A DNA stretch of 64,000 bases from an uncultured Gemmatimonadales bacterium (GTDB lineage: Bacteria; Gemmatimonadota; Gemmatimonadetes; Gemmatimonadales; GWC2-71-9): contig CAWILD010000012.1 of NCBI GenBank assembly GCA_963836815.1, forward strand, positions 473,812 through 537,811, written 5' to 3'. The notes under the pieces were generated by a model. The model did no database searches and was not told the origin of the DNA. It saw nothing but the letters and a program-made list of their open reading frames with translations. Shown piece by piece: positions 9,440 through 22,475 of this stretch; within the stretch, counting starts at the first letter, position 1; every line of letters begins with the position of its first letter. The position numbers and the translations under genes are program-made.

Positions 9440-11026
9440 ATGGGCGCGCAGACCCTGCCGCAGACGGCCCGGTTTTCTTCGAGCCGGCTGTTCGGTCCCA
9501 GCCTGCTGGCCGGGATCGCGATGGTGGTGGGATGGATCGGTCTCTACTTCGCCTTCCGCCAGCACTGGCTGGGTATTGCCCTCCCACTGGTGACTACGGT
9601 CCTTGGTCTCGCGGCGCTCCGGCGTGGCGATGCGCTCGCGCGCCGGCGCAGCGAGGCGCTCCGCGAGGCGCTCGACTCCGCCGCGGCCCGGAACCGGGAG
9701 CTCGAGCGCCTTCGCCATCTGGCGGCCACCCTGCTGGCGGGAACGGACCTCGCACCGCTTCTCCACGAAGTGGGAGGCGCGGCGGTGGAACTGCTCGAGG
9801 CCGAGAGCGGTGGGGTCACTCTGGTCGTGGAGGAGGGCCGTTTCCTCAAGGTGGCAGCGGCAACCGGGCCGCTGGAAGCCACGCTGGGGCGCCTGATTCC
9901 GGTGGATGAGTCGCTGCTCGGCTGGGTGGTGACCAACGGACGGCCGCTGCTCTCCAATGACATGGAGCGGGATCCCCGGAGCTACAAGCTGCAGGGGTTG
10001 GGGATCACGCTCCGGACCGTGGCGATCGTGCCGCTTCGCTCCGCCGGCGTCATCATCGGAACGGTGAGCGTCTACAACCGCCGGGATGGCCGTCCCTTCG
10101 GCGAGCATGATCTCCAGCTTCTGCAGACCCTGGGCGACCAGGTCGTGATGGGGCTCGACCGCGCGGCGGTACTGGAGGAAAGCCGGCGGAACGAGCGCGC
10201 GCTCGCGGCCAAGAACGCGGAGCTCCAGCGCGTCACGCGGCTCAAGAGCGAGTTTCTCGCGAACATGTCCCACGAGCTACGCACGCCGCTCAATGCCATC
10301 ATCGGGTTCTCCGATCTGGTACTCGCGGAGGGCGCCGGCGAGCTCAACCCGCAGCAGCGCGACTATCTGGAGGCCGTTCTGCGGAATGGCCGCCACCTGC
10401 TCGAGCTGATCAACAGCGTGCTCGATCTCTCCAAGATCGAGGCGGGCCGGATGTCGCTCACCCTCGGCCGGACCGATCTGCGGCACGCGATCACCGGGGC
10501 CGTCGCCGATACCGCCAGTCTCCGGAGCGCCAAGCGCCAGGAATGCGTGCTCAACCTCGACGATTCGAGTCTCGAGGTGGTGGCGGATGGCGTGCGCGTG
10601 CGCCAGGTCCTGTTCAATCTCCTGTCCAACGCATCCAAGTTCACGCCCGAAGGCGGCAGAATCTCGCTCTCCGCGCTCCGTACCCGGGCCCCGCTTCGTC
10701 TGCCGGCCGAGCGGGCCGGCGACGACCGTCGGATGACCACACAGGACGTGGTGTGGGTCTCGGTCGTGGACACCGGTATCGGCATCGCGCCGGACAACAT
10801 GGACAAGTTGTTCCACGAGTTCAGTCAGGTGGACAGCTCGCCGAGCCGCCAGGCGCAGGGAACCGGACTGGGGCTCGCCTTGTCCAAGAAGTTCGTGGAG
10901 ATGCATGGCGGACGGATCGGGGCGGAGTCGGTGGCGGGGAAGGGCTCGACCTTCTGGTTCATCCTGCCTGCCGAAGGGCCCCTCCGCCGGGCGTCCGACG
11001 CGCAGCTGGAAATCGAGGGGATCTAG
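9440..11026 (+). CDS. sensor histidine kinase with two TM helices and a GAF domain
   Basis: ORF 9248..11026(+), start set to ATG 9440 (MGAQTLPQ). H-box SHELRTPLNAI, N-box LLSNASKFT, G-boxes DTGIGI and GTGLGLALS. There is a GAF-like segment before the coiled-coil. No response regulator is adjacent. Confidence 0.85.
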   Translation: MGAQTLPQTARFSSSRLFGPSLLAGIAMVVGWIGLYFAFRQHWLGIALPLVTTVLGLAALRRGDALARRRSEALREALDSAAARNRELERLRHLAATLLAGTDLAPLLHEVGGAAVELLEAESGGVTLVVEEGRFLKVAAATGPLEATLGRLIPVDESLLGWVVTNGRPLLSNDMERDPRSYKLQGLGITLRTVAIVPLRSAGVIIGTVSVYNRRDGRPFGEHDLQLLQTLGDQVVMGLDRAAVLEESRRNERALAAKNAELQRVTRLKSEFLANMSHELRTPLNAIIGFSDLVLAEGAGELNPQQRDYLEAVLRNGRHLLELINSVLDLSKIEAGRMSLTLGRTDLRHAITGAVADTASLRSAKRQECVLNLDDSSLEVVADGVRVRQVLFNLLSNASKFTPEGGRISLSALRTRAPLRLPAERAGDDRRMTTQDVVWVSVVDTGIGIAPDNMDKLFHEFSQVDSSPSRQAQGTGLGLALSKKFVEMHGGRIGAESVAGKGSTFWFILPAEGPLRRASDAQLEIEGI

Positions 11027-11087
11027 GAGACTTGCGCTCCGCCCGCGCCCACCGGCAGCTTCAGCGCAAGGCCTTCCTCAGGTGGTG

Positions 11088-11201
11088 ATGGTGCGTAGCA
11101 CGGTCAGAGCCCTCCTTGCCCTGCTGCTGATCGGGACCTTCGGGGCCCGAGCTGCTGCCCCGGGAGCGCTCTGGGCCTGTACGATGCCCGACTGCTGGTG
11201 A
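11088..11201 (+). CDS. hypothetical 37-aa secreted peptide (speculative)
   Basis: Tail of ORF 10905..11201(+): MVRSTVRALLALLLIGTFGARA|AAPGALWACTMPDCW. It has a canonical Sec signal (AxA) plus a 15-aa C-terminus with CxxxxC-W. About 80% GC3. The SD AGGTGG lies only 2 nt from the ATG. Confidence 0.25.
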   Translation: MVRSTVRALLALLLIGTFGARAAAPGALWACTMPDCW

Positions 11202-11517
11202 CCATACGAGCCACGGTCATCACTCCGGCAACCACGGGCCGGTCCCCGGAAGCGACGCCCCGTGTCTGTGAATGCGTCGCGCACTCCAGCACCGTCGCGA
11301 ATTTCTCGACACCGCGCCATCCGCGCGCCGTCTGAGGTGAGCTACCGGGTCGTCTCGATCCGGGCCGAAGCCGCCCGCGCGCCCGACCCACTGCCCCGAC
11401 ACCTGCTTCCCTTCGCTCAGGCCCCTCCCGCCGCTCTCGGCTGACCATTCCTGAATAGCAGGACCGCACCGGCAATCCGTCGGTGTCGGTTTCATCTCTG
11501 GCCGAGATGGTCCATTC

Positions 11518-13579
11518 ATGCTTCACCGCATTGCGCTCACCTTCCTTGCCGTCATCCGGCGGGCGTTTCCCGCAGCGGTCGCCGCTCAGGCGGGCGGGAA
11601 GACCGACACCACAAGGGTGACGGAGTTGGCACCGATCACGGTCACCGGGAGCCGGGAGGAGTCCGTGGCCCCGCCGGTCTCCACGATCGAGGTCGCTCCC
11701 GAAGTGCTGCGCCGCTCGCCGGCGACCACGCCCTACGACATGGTGCGCCGTGCGGCCGGGATCGAGGTCCACGAGCAGGGCCAGGGCCCCGGCTTCGCGT
11801 CGGACGCCGTCATCCGCGGGTTCACCTCCGACCATTCGTCCGACGTCCTCCTCGTCATCGACGGCGTGCCGATCAATCTGCCGCTCCACGGCCACGTGGA
11901 GGGGTACTCCGACTGGAGCATCCTCTCGCCGTCCGCCATCAGCGCGCTGCGCGTCATCCACGGTCCGGCGAGCCCGCTCTACGGCGACTTCGCCTTCGGC
12001 GGCGTCGTCGAAGCGTTCACGGCCTCGGACGCCACCGGGCGGGCCGGGTCGCTTCAGGCCTCGAGCTACGGCGACGTCCGCGGCTGGCTGAGGAGCGGAA
12101 TGCGGAAGGAGACAGGCGGCGGAATGCTCGCGCTCGACGGGCAGCGGGAGCAGGGCTGGCGCGACAACTCGGACTACTGGCTGGGGAACCTCGCGCTCCG
12201 CGGCTGGCGCCGTGCCGGGTCCGGCAGACTCGAGGGCGGCCTCCTCCTGTACGGCTCGACCTGGGACTCGCCGGGGTTCGTTCCGGTGGATCGCTACAAC
12301 AGCGGTGACCTGGAGTCGGCCTCGGATCCCACCGACGGCGGCTCGGCGGGCAGGCTCATCCTGAACGGCCGATACGCCGTGCCCCTCGGCGAGTCGACTT
12401 CGCTCGAGACCTCCGCGTGGACCCAGGCCCTGCGCTCCAAGGTGTTCCTCGGCATCCCGGAGGACGGCGTCGTCGAGCAGAGCGAGGAGCAGGACGAGCG
12501 CGTCGCGTTCGGCGGGCAGGCCCAGGTGACCTGGCATACGGGAACAGGGGAGGTGACCGGCGGAGTCGAGCGGCCGCGCCGACTGGATCGGGTACAACCT
12601 GTACAACACCGAGGCCCGAGTCCGGACCGGCACCGAGCAGGACGACGACGGCCGCTATCAATCCGCCTCGGCGTTCGCGCGGTGGCGCGGCCTCCTCGGC
12701 CAGCACGTCGTCTACGACCTCGGCGGGCGATTCGACCTGCTGCACTACAACGCGCTCGATCAGCTCACGCCCTCCGAAGGGTGGCGCGGCGACACCCACG
12801 CCCTGCTCAGCCCCAAGCTCGGCGCGCGGTATCTCCTGAGCAGCAAGGTCGCCCTGCTGGCCTCGCTGAGCCGGGGGTTTCGCGGCGCCGTGGGCGTGAT
12901 TCAGGACCCCACCCGGCCACCGGTGGTCGCCTGGGCAAAGGAGATCGGCGCGCTGTACGAGGATCAGCGGGCGCACGTCCAGCTCGCGCTCTTCCGGCTC
13001 GACGTCTCCCGCGAGCGGATCATGGACCCCGTGACCCGCGAGATCTCGGACGAGGGCGAGAGCGTGCGCCAGGGGGTCTCGCTCGATCTCGCCTTCGCCG
13101 CCACGCCCTGGCTCAGGCTCACGGGCGAGGGCACCTGGAACGATGCGAAGATCAGCGGCGTGGCCGACAGCGCGCCGGCAATTCAGGTTCCTGCGCTCTC
13201 ACGCACGCCGCTCGAAGGGCACGCTGGAGCCACGTTTCCATGACGTGCCGCTCACGCCGGGGGCGACCGTGCCAGGGGTCGCGCGGTACTTCGGCAGAGT
13301 CGGCGCGGAGGCCGCCGTCAACCATTCCGTGACCTCCCGCGCACTGCTTCGCTTCACCGGCCCGTACACGCCCATCGGCGAGCCGAGCGTACGCACCCAG
13401 GCCTATGTCGTCGTGGACGTCGGGCGCCTCGGTCCAGCTCACCCGGTTCGGCGGGACGCTGGACCTCGACCTGCTGAACCTGCTCGACGCCCGCTATCCC
13501 GAGCTTCGCGCCTCGGGCTTCATCAACCCGGGGGCGCCGTTCACGCTGCGCGCCGCCTTCCGAGCTCGGAGATCGGTAG
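11518..13579 (+). CDS. TonB-dependent receptor (at least three apparent frameshifts; 3' end uncertain)
   Basis: The gene is split into four frame segments:
- Signal peptide and plug (ITVTGSR, DAVIRGF, LLVIDGVPIN) are in ORF 11518..13332, residues 1-350.
- The barrel continues in the frame of ORF 12890..13243 (..DWIGYNLYNTEARVRTG..).
- It then moves to the frame of ORF 13143..14024 (13239-13424).
- It ends in ORF 13405..13647 (GGTLDLDLLNLLDARYPEL..FTLRAAF).
Breaks lie near 12568, 13238 and 13425. The stop lies somewhere in 13560-13647. Confidence 0.8.
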
Positions 13580-13607
13580 TCCTCACCAACCCCGCGGAGA
13601 CCCGACC

Positions 13608-14024
13608 ATGTGGTACGTCTTGTCCCTGGTGCTCGCGCTCTTCGTAGCCGCCTGCGACAGCGACGAGGCTCCCCCGGAGGAGGGGCATCACCCGCACTCC
13701 GCGGCGTTGTTCCTCGATGGGGTGGACGTGACCGACGACCTCGTGCTTCCTGCCGGCGAGACGGTACGTGTCGAGGTGAGATTCTACGACGATGTGGGCG
13801 ACCAGATCACCGGCATCGAGGACGAGCACTTCGCCGGGCTGACGTTCACACCCTCGACTCTGGCGACGACGGCGGACGTGGACGGCAATCACTTCCAGAA
13901 GGACGTGACCGCGCAGGGAGAAATCGCCGAGGGGACGTACTCGATCGGCTACGGGCACGACGCGGCGGCCGACGAGGAGAGCTTCGGGCCGTACGCCGTC
14001 AGGGTGGTGGCAACCGGGTCGTGA
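13608..14024 (+). CDS. hypothetical lipoprotein downstream of the TonB-dependent receptor
   Basis: Tail of ORF 13143..14024. ATG 13608 gives MWYVLSLVLALFVAAC (lipobox). The mature part is acidic and His-containing (EEGHHPH). Confidence 0.6.
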   Translation: MWYVLSLVLALFVAACDSDEAPPEEGHHPHSAALFLDGVDVTDDLVLPAGETVRVEVRFYDDVGDQITGIEDEHFAGLTFTPSTLATTADVDGNHFQKDVTAQGEIAEGTYSIGYGHDAAADEESFGPYAVRVVATGS

Positions 14025-15550
14025 TCAGGACTGCCGGCGCGGCTCCCGCTTCCAACCCGGCCGGAACGGCGGAGGCAGCAGCGCGGCGCGCCGCAGGAGC
14101 TCCAGGTGGGGAGCGACCACGTCCGCGAGCTGTTGCGCCGGTCGCACGTGGGCCTGATTGAGCACCGCCGGCGGCGCGGCGGTGAACACGAGGGCGCCAT
14201 GCACCCGGCCGGCGACCCGGAGGGGGACCACCAGCCGCGCCTCACCCTGCACGAGCACGAACGACGACGGGATCTCGCCGTGGAGCACCTGGGCCAGCGC
14301 GGTGCCCGCTACCGGCACCAGCGGCAGATCCGGCAAGGGCCGTCGCTCGCCCGCCTCGAGCAGCACGACGCGATCGCCTTCGCTGAGCCGGACCGCGTAG
14401 TGCATCTCATCGAAGGGAAGGAATCGTCCCGCGATCTCGGTGACCAGCCGGGTCGCCTCGCGCGGGCTCGCGCGCGGTGGCGAGGGCGTCGGCCGCCTGA
14501 GTCAACAGCGAGGGGATGACCTGCTCCCGGGGTGAGCGCATCGCCTGGCGCTCCTCACCCGCCCTCGCGAGGAGCGCTACCTGCGCCGAGATCAGGCCGC
14601 CCACTCGCGCGAGCAGCGCGGCATCGTCCGAGTCATAGAGATCTGGTCCCACCCCGCCGGCGATGAGATAGCCGGCAACCCCACCCGGCCCTCCGAAGCG
14701 CGCTCCCACTACGGCCCGAAGCTCCGCCCCTGCCGGTTCCGTGGCCGTGAAGTACCCGCGCGGCCAGCGCGCTTCGCGGCAGGCGTCCGCCAGAAGGATC
14801 CGGCCCTCGGCGTCGGCGATCGCCGCCGGGTCGAGCAGGTCTCGGCCCACCTCGAGCGAGGGATCGACCCAGACCGGCCCGCCCACGTGCTCGCCCAGGC
14901 GGTAGTGTCTCCCGCCGCCGACGTCGGCCAGGAGCAGCTCGAGATGATCGTGCGGAAGCACCGGCTCGAGCGCGCGGCTCAGCGCGGCCGCGTAGCGCTG
15001 TGGAGTGGTGGCATGCACCCCGGCTTCGATCACGGCGTCCACGAGGGCCGCCACCCGGTGGGCCCGATCAGCGCCTCCGCTGCCGCCCTCCCACTGGCGG
15101 GCCATGCGACCCATCGAGGGTGCGAGTCGGCGCGCCACGGCGGTCAGGAGGATGAACTCCTCGTCGGCGTAACAGCCGGGACGAAGGTCGGCGGCGAGGA
15201 GAAGCCCCACATCGCGCCGGCCGAAGCGGACCGGCAGACACATCACCGACCCGTAGCCCGCGTCGTGGACGATCTCCTCGAGGAGGGCGAGCTGACGCCG
15301 CTCGAGCTGAGGCGAAGGCAGCGGATACGGCGAGATCGTCGGCGGCGAGCGCCGAGGGTCCGAGAAGCACGGCGCCGGCGCCGACGGGAAAGAGCCACAG
15401 ACCCAGCAGATCGTGCGGGACGTCCACCGCGAGGGCGTTGGACAGAGCCTCGTGCCAGGTCGCGAGCGCGACCGGATCGCCCAAGCCCTCTTCGACTCGA
15501 AGGATCGGGACGAGTGGCTCTCCGCGGTGCGATGGGTCCTCTTGGGCCAT
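14025..15550 (-). CDS. multi-GAF-like domain protein without recognisable output domain (two apparent frameshifts)
   Basis: Pieces are 15068..15733(-) from ATG 15550 (MAQEDPSH..), 14407..15711(-) and 14025..14405(-). Breaks lie near 15340-15360 and 14455-14465. GAF-like ends include ..VMCLPVRFGRRDVGLLLAA.. and ..LVVPLRVAGRVHGALVF... Confidence 0.5.
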
Positions 15551-15704
15551 GACCGCGGACAGGGGCAGAAGGTATGCCGTGAGGACCGGCCGTGGAAGGC
15601 ATTGGTATTGAAGAGCTTGCGGCGCGCATTCGGTCCGCTCAGCCCGCGGACTGCCGCTTCTGTTGCGCCATGCTGCCGCACCGAATTCACAGTGTGCCTG
15701 CAGG

Positions 15705-15733
15705 TTGACATACCCCCACCCCCTATATATCAT
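15705..15733 (+). promoter_or_regulatory. putative sigma70-type promoter of the copper operon
   Basis: TTGACA (15705-15710), a 17-nt spacer, then TATCAT (15728-15733), about 35 nt upstream of the copZ ATG. The spacer is the C-rich tract TACCCCCACCCCCTATA. Confidence 0.4.
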
Positions 15734-15768
15734 CTACCATGGGTATGGACCGCTTACCGGGAGACTCG

Positions 15769-15975
15769 ATGCAACACGCCACCCTCCATATCGAAGGCAT
15801 GAGCTGCGCGCATTGCCTCAATGCCGTGAATCGAGCGCTCGCCGCGCTGCCGGGCATCACGGTCGATTCCGTGCGCATCGGCAGGGCCGAAGTGAGATAC
15901 GACGAGCGAATCACGAACCTCGCCGCGCTGGAGGCCGCGGTGGCCGAGGCCGGCTATCGCGCGACCGCGGCGTGA
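15769..15975 (+). CDS. copZ: copper chaperone CopZ (HMA domain)
   Basis: ORF 15739..15975. ATG 15769 lies after GGGAGA. MQHATLHIEGMSCAHCLNAV carries the GMxCxxC metal-binding motif. Confidence 0.85.
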   Translation: MQHATLHIEGMSCAHCLNAVNRALAALPGITVDSVRIGRAEVRYDERITNLAALEAAVAEAGYRATAA

Positions 15976-16354
15976 CCCTCGCCGACGTCGTGGTGATCGC
16001 GCTTGGCCTCGGGGCCATCGCGTGGGTCAACTGGTACTTCTTCGTGGCGGGACGCGCCGAGGTCAGGGCGGTCGCTGCCGGGCGGGGCGCCGCAGCGTGT
16101 CCGGATCGTGGTGAGCGGCGGGTACGATCCCTCGGTGATTCGCGTCCGCGCCGGCCGGCCGGTGCGTCTCGAGTTCGATCGGCGGGAGACTCGGGATGCA
16201 CGGAGGAGTCGTGCTTCCGGACTTCGGCATCCGGAAATTCCTGCCTCCCATCAGACCACGCCGGTCGAGTTTACTCCGGCCAGTCCGGGACCTACGAGTT
16301 CACCTGCGGGATGGCGATGGTGCGAGGCAAGATCATCGCCGAGGGAGGTGAGGC

Positions 16355-16358
<4 letters not shown>
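15972..16358 (+). CDS. membrane-anchored cupredoxin-like copper-binding protein (five apparent frameshifts)
   Basis: GTG 15972 overlaps the copZ stop (GTGA). The composite translation is [111 protein letters not shown]. This matches the small cupredoxin family often found upstream of copA. The frame path is 0>1>0>2>1>0, with breaks at 16080-87, 16189-91, 16208, 16247-49 and 16287-89. Confidence 0.55.
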
Positions 16359-18675
<2,317 letters not shown>

Positions 18676-18679
<4 letters not shown>

Positions 18680-19017
18680 CCCACCCGACTCTTCCCTGCC
18701 CCTGCGGCGCCCGCCACGGCGGCGGACCACACGCGCTGGCCGTGGATCCCGAGGTCAAGCGATCGGTACTGACCCGGCTCCGGCGGATCGAGGGCCAGGT
18801 TCGCGGCCTGCAGAAAATGGTGGAGGAGGAGCGCTACTGCGCGGACGTGCTCACCCAGGTCTCTTCAGTCCAGGAGGCCCTGCGAGGGGTGGGGCGCGCA
18901 ATGCTGCACAACCATCTTCGCCACTGCGCGTCGGAGGCGATCCGCTCGGACGACCCTGACCGGGCAGAGGGGATGTACGATGAGCTGATGGACCTGATCT
19001 ATCGGAGCGTGCGGTAA
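18676..19017 (+). CDS. csoR: CsoR/RcnR-family metal-sensing repressor
   Basis: 113-aa ORF overlapping the copA stop (ATGA). DUF156 pattern [28 protein letters not shown]...HNHLRHC (C-H-C ligand set). Confidence 0.85.
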
Positions 19018-19020
19018 GAC

Positions 19021-20538
19021 TCACCGGCGGTGCTCAGGTGACCATTCTCCGGTGTGTCCGCTGCCTGGCCGGCCGATCCGTCCCATGTCCCGGCTGACGG
19101 TCCGGGTCGCTCCGAGGACCACGACGCCGCCCAGGATCACGACCAGCGGCAGCAGCAGGATCGCCCGGTCGAGCCCGAAGCGGTCGGAAAGGGTTCCCAC
19201 CAACGGCAGCGCGATGGCATCCCCCGCGAGGTGGATGAACAGCAGATAGCCCCCGGCAACCGTCGCGCTGATCCTGGGAGGCACGACGTCGAAGATCACC
19301 GCGGTGATCGGACCGTTGTACCACGACAGGCAGAAGAACGCGACCACGAAGACCAGCTGGAACAGCCCCTGATCCCTGATCGTGAGCAGCCAGACTGCCA
19401 GGGGCCCGCCGAGGAGCAGGCCAAGCGCCACCGCGATCACCCGGCCGGTCTCGTACCGGCGCCGCAGCCAGTCGGCCAGCAGCCCGCCGAACAGTGTCCC
19501 CGCCGTGCCCGCGATGAGTCCCCACTTCCCGAGCAGGCCCGCGGCCTGCGCGGCCGTGAGCTCCAGCTCGCGCGAAACGAACGTGGGCCCCCAGCCGACG
19601 ATGCCGTTGATGCCGAACGAGATCATCGCGCCGGCCAGGAAGACGTACACCAGCGTCGGGGTGTGCAGCACCGTCTTCCCCGCGCGGACGATGTCGTCGA
19701 AGGCGCTGGAGATGCCGGCCTCGAAATCCGAAGCCCCGCCGGCGTCGGCCTGGGTCCGCCGCACCCAGCGGACGATGGTGAGCGCCAGGCCGATCCCGAC
19801 CGCCGCGCTCATCGTCGCCACGTCGAGTCTGGAGTCCGCACCGTAGTAGCGATCCAGCCACCAGGCGGCGACGCCCGCCCACGACCGTGGCGAGCACGAG
19901 GGGCCAGAGCGCGCGAAGCATGCCCGTGACGCCGACGTGGAAGTTCCGCACGAACGAACGGACGGTGAGCTCGGTCGGCGCCCGGCTGGGCTCGTGCAGC
20001 CGGGTCACCAGGAAGGCGCAAATGAAACCCGGCACGCCGACCGTCATGAAGGCCACCCGCCAGCCGTAGCTCGCCTCGAGGTACCCGCCGAGCAGCAGGC
20101 CGAGCACCCCGCCAAGGGCGACCCCCGACGCGAGGATGCCCATCGCCATCGCCCGCTGAGCTCCCGGGAAGTAGTCCGCCACCAGCGAAGAGGCGGCCGG
20201 CCCATACGCCGCCTCGCCCACGCCGACGGCCGCCCGGCAGGTGAAGAGCTGCCAGAAGTTCTTGACCAGTCCGCTGAGGAACGTGAAGGCGCTCCAGACG
20301 GTGACCCCGCCGGCGATCACGGCACGGCGGGAGCGCAGGTCGCTGATGACTCCGAAGGGAAGTGCGGCGAGCGAGAAGACGAGGATGTAGGCCGAGCCAA
20401 GCCAGCCGAGCTGCGTGTCCGTCAGCGAGAGATCCCGCTTGATCGGCTCGAACAGCGCGTAGATGACGTTGCGGTCGACGTAGTTGAGCAGGTTGATAGC
20501 CGCCAGCAGCCCGAGGGCATACCAGCGATACCGCGGCG

Positions 20539-20542
<4 letters not shown>
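19021..20542 (-). CDS. MFS transporter (one apparent frameshift)
   Basis: GTG 20542 overlaps the stop of the upstream DHS-like gene (GTGA). The N-half [31 protein letters not shown].. is in the frame of ORF 19034..21715(-). The C-half is in ORF 19021..19821(-). The break lies near 19868-19876. Confidence 0.8.
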
Positions 20543-21715
<1,173 letters not shown>

Positions 21716-21719
21716 GCGA

Positions 21720-22475
21720 TCATCCTATGATGCGGGCGACGGGATCGTCCGGCTTGTTCCGGCGCGCTTCGATGACGATCCGCGCCGCCTCGGCCGGGTC
21801 ATCGGTGACCCGGAAGAGAAGGAGATCCGTGTGATTGATCTTCCCCTCCTCCGCGACGGTCTTGGTGAGCCACTCCACGAGGCCCGCCCAGTACGAGCTG
21901 CCGAACAATATCACCGGGAAGTGCTTCACCTTTCCGGTCTGGATCAGGGTCAGCGCCTCGAACAACTCATCGAGCGTGCCGTAGCCCCCGGGGAAGACGA
22001 TGAACGCGGTCGCGTACTTCACGAACATCGTCTTTCGCACGAAGAAGAACTTGAAGTTCAGGCTTCGGCTCAGGTAGGCGTTCGAGCCCTGCTCGAAGGG
22101 CAGCTCGATATTGCACCCGATCGAGAGCCCGCCAGCCTGCGACGCCCCGCGGTTCGCGGCCTCCATGATGCCCGGCCCCCCACCGGTGATGACGGGGATG
22201 CCGGCCTGCGCCAGAAGACGCCCGGTCTCCACGGCCTTGGCGTAGTACGGATCTCCCGCCGGCGTCCTCGCGGAGCCGAAGATCGTGACCCCGTCGCGGA
22301 CGTCGGAGAGGTTGTCGAATCCCCAGACGAACTCGCCCATAATACGCAGCACCCGCCAGGAATCCGACTTGAGAAAGAGCTGCTCGGCGGTCTGCGGCGG
22401 AGGGCTTTCGAGAAGCTGCTCGTCCTCGGTCGGGAGCTTCTTGTCGTCGACGTGGCGATAGGGGCTGTTAGTCAC
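21720..22475 (-). CDS. LOG-family (TIGR00730) nucleotide N-glycosidase-like protein
   Basis: Intact 251-aa ORF. Motifs GGGPGIMEA and [13 protein letters not shown] (PGGxGTxxE). Confidence 0.85.
   Translation of the reverse strand: MTNSPYRHVDDKKLPTEDEQLLESPPPQTAEQLFLKSDSWRVLRIMGEFVWGFDNLSDVRDGVTIFGSARTPAGDPYYAKAVETGRLLAQAGIPVITGGGPGIMEAANRGASQAGGLSIGCNIELPFEQGSNAYLSRSLNFKFFFVRKTMFVKYATAFIVFPGGYGTLDELFEALTLIQTGKVKHFPVILFGSSYWAGLVEWLTKTVAEEGKINHTDLLLFRVTDDPAEAARIVIEARRNKPDDPVARIIG

Noticed and set aside
11202-11517. A possible cobalamin (or other) riboswitch in the long leader of the TonB-dependent receptor.
   Set aside because: I looked for the B12 box and the GGGAA..GGTG..CCACTG order on the plus strand. 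Only fragments are present (CCCACTG, GACACCTGC), 4 nt apart and in the wrong arrangement. The better GGGAAGCAGGTG match is on the wrong strand. A covariance-model scan is needed before any claim.
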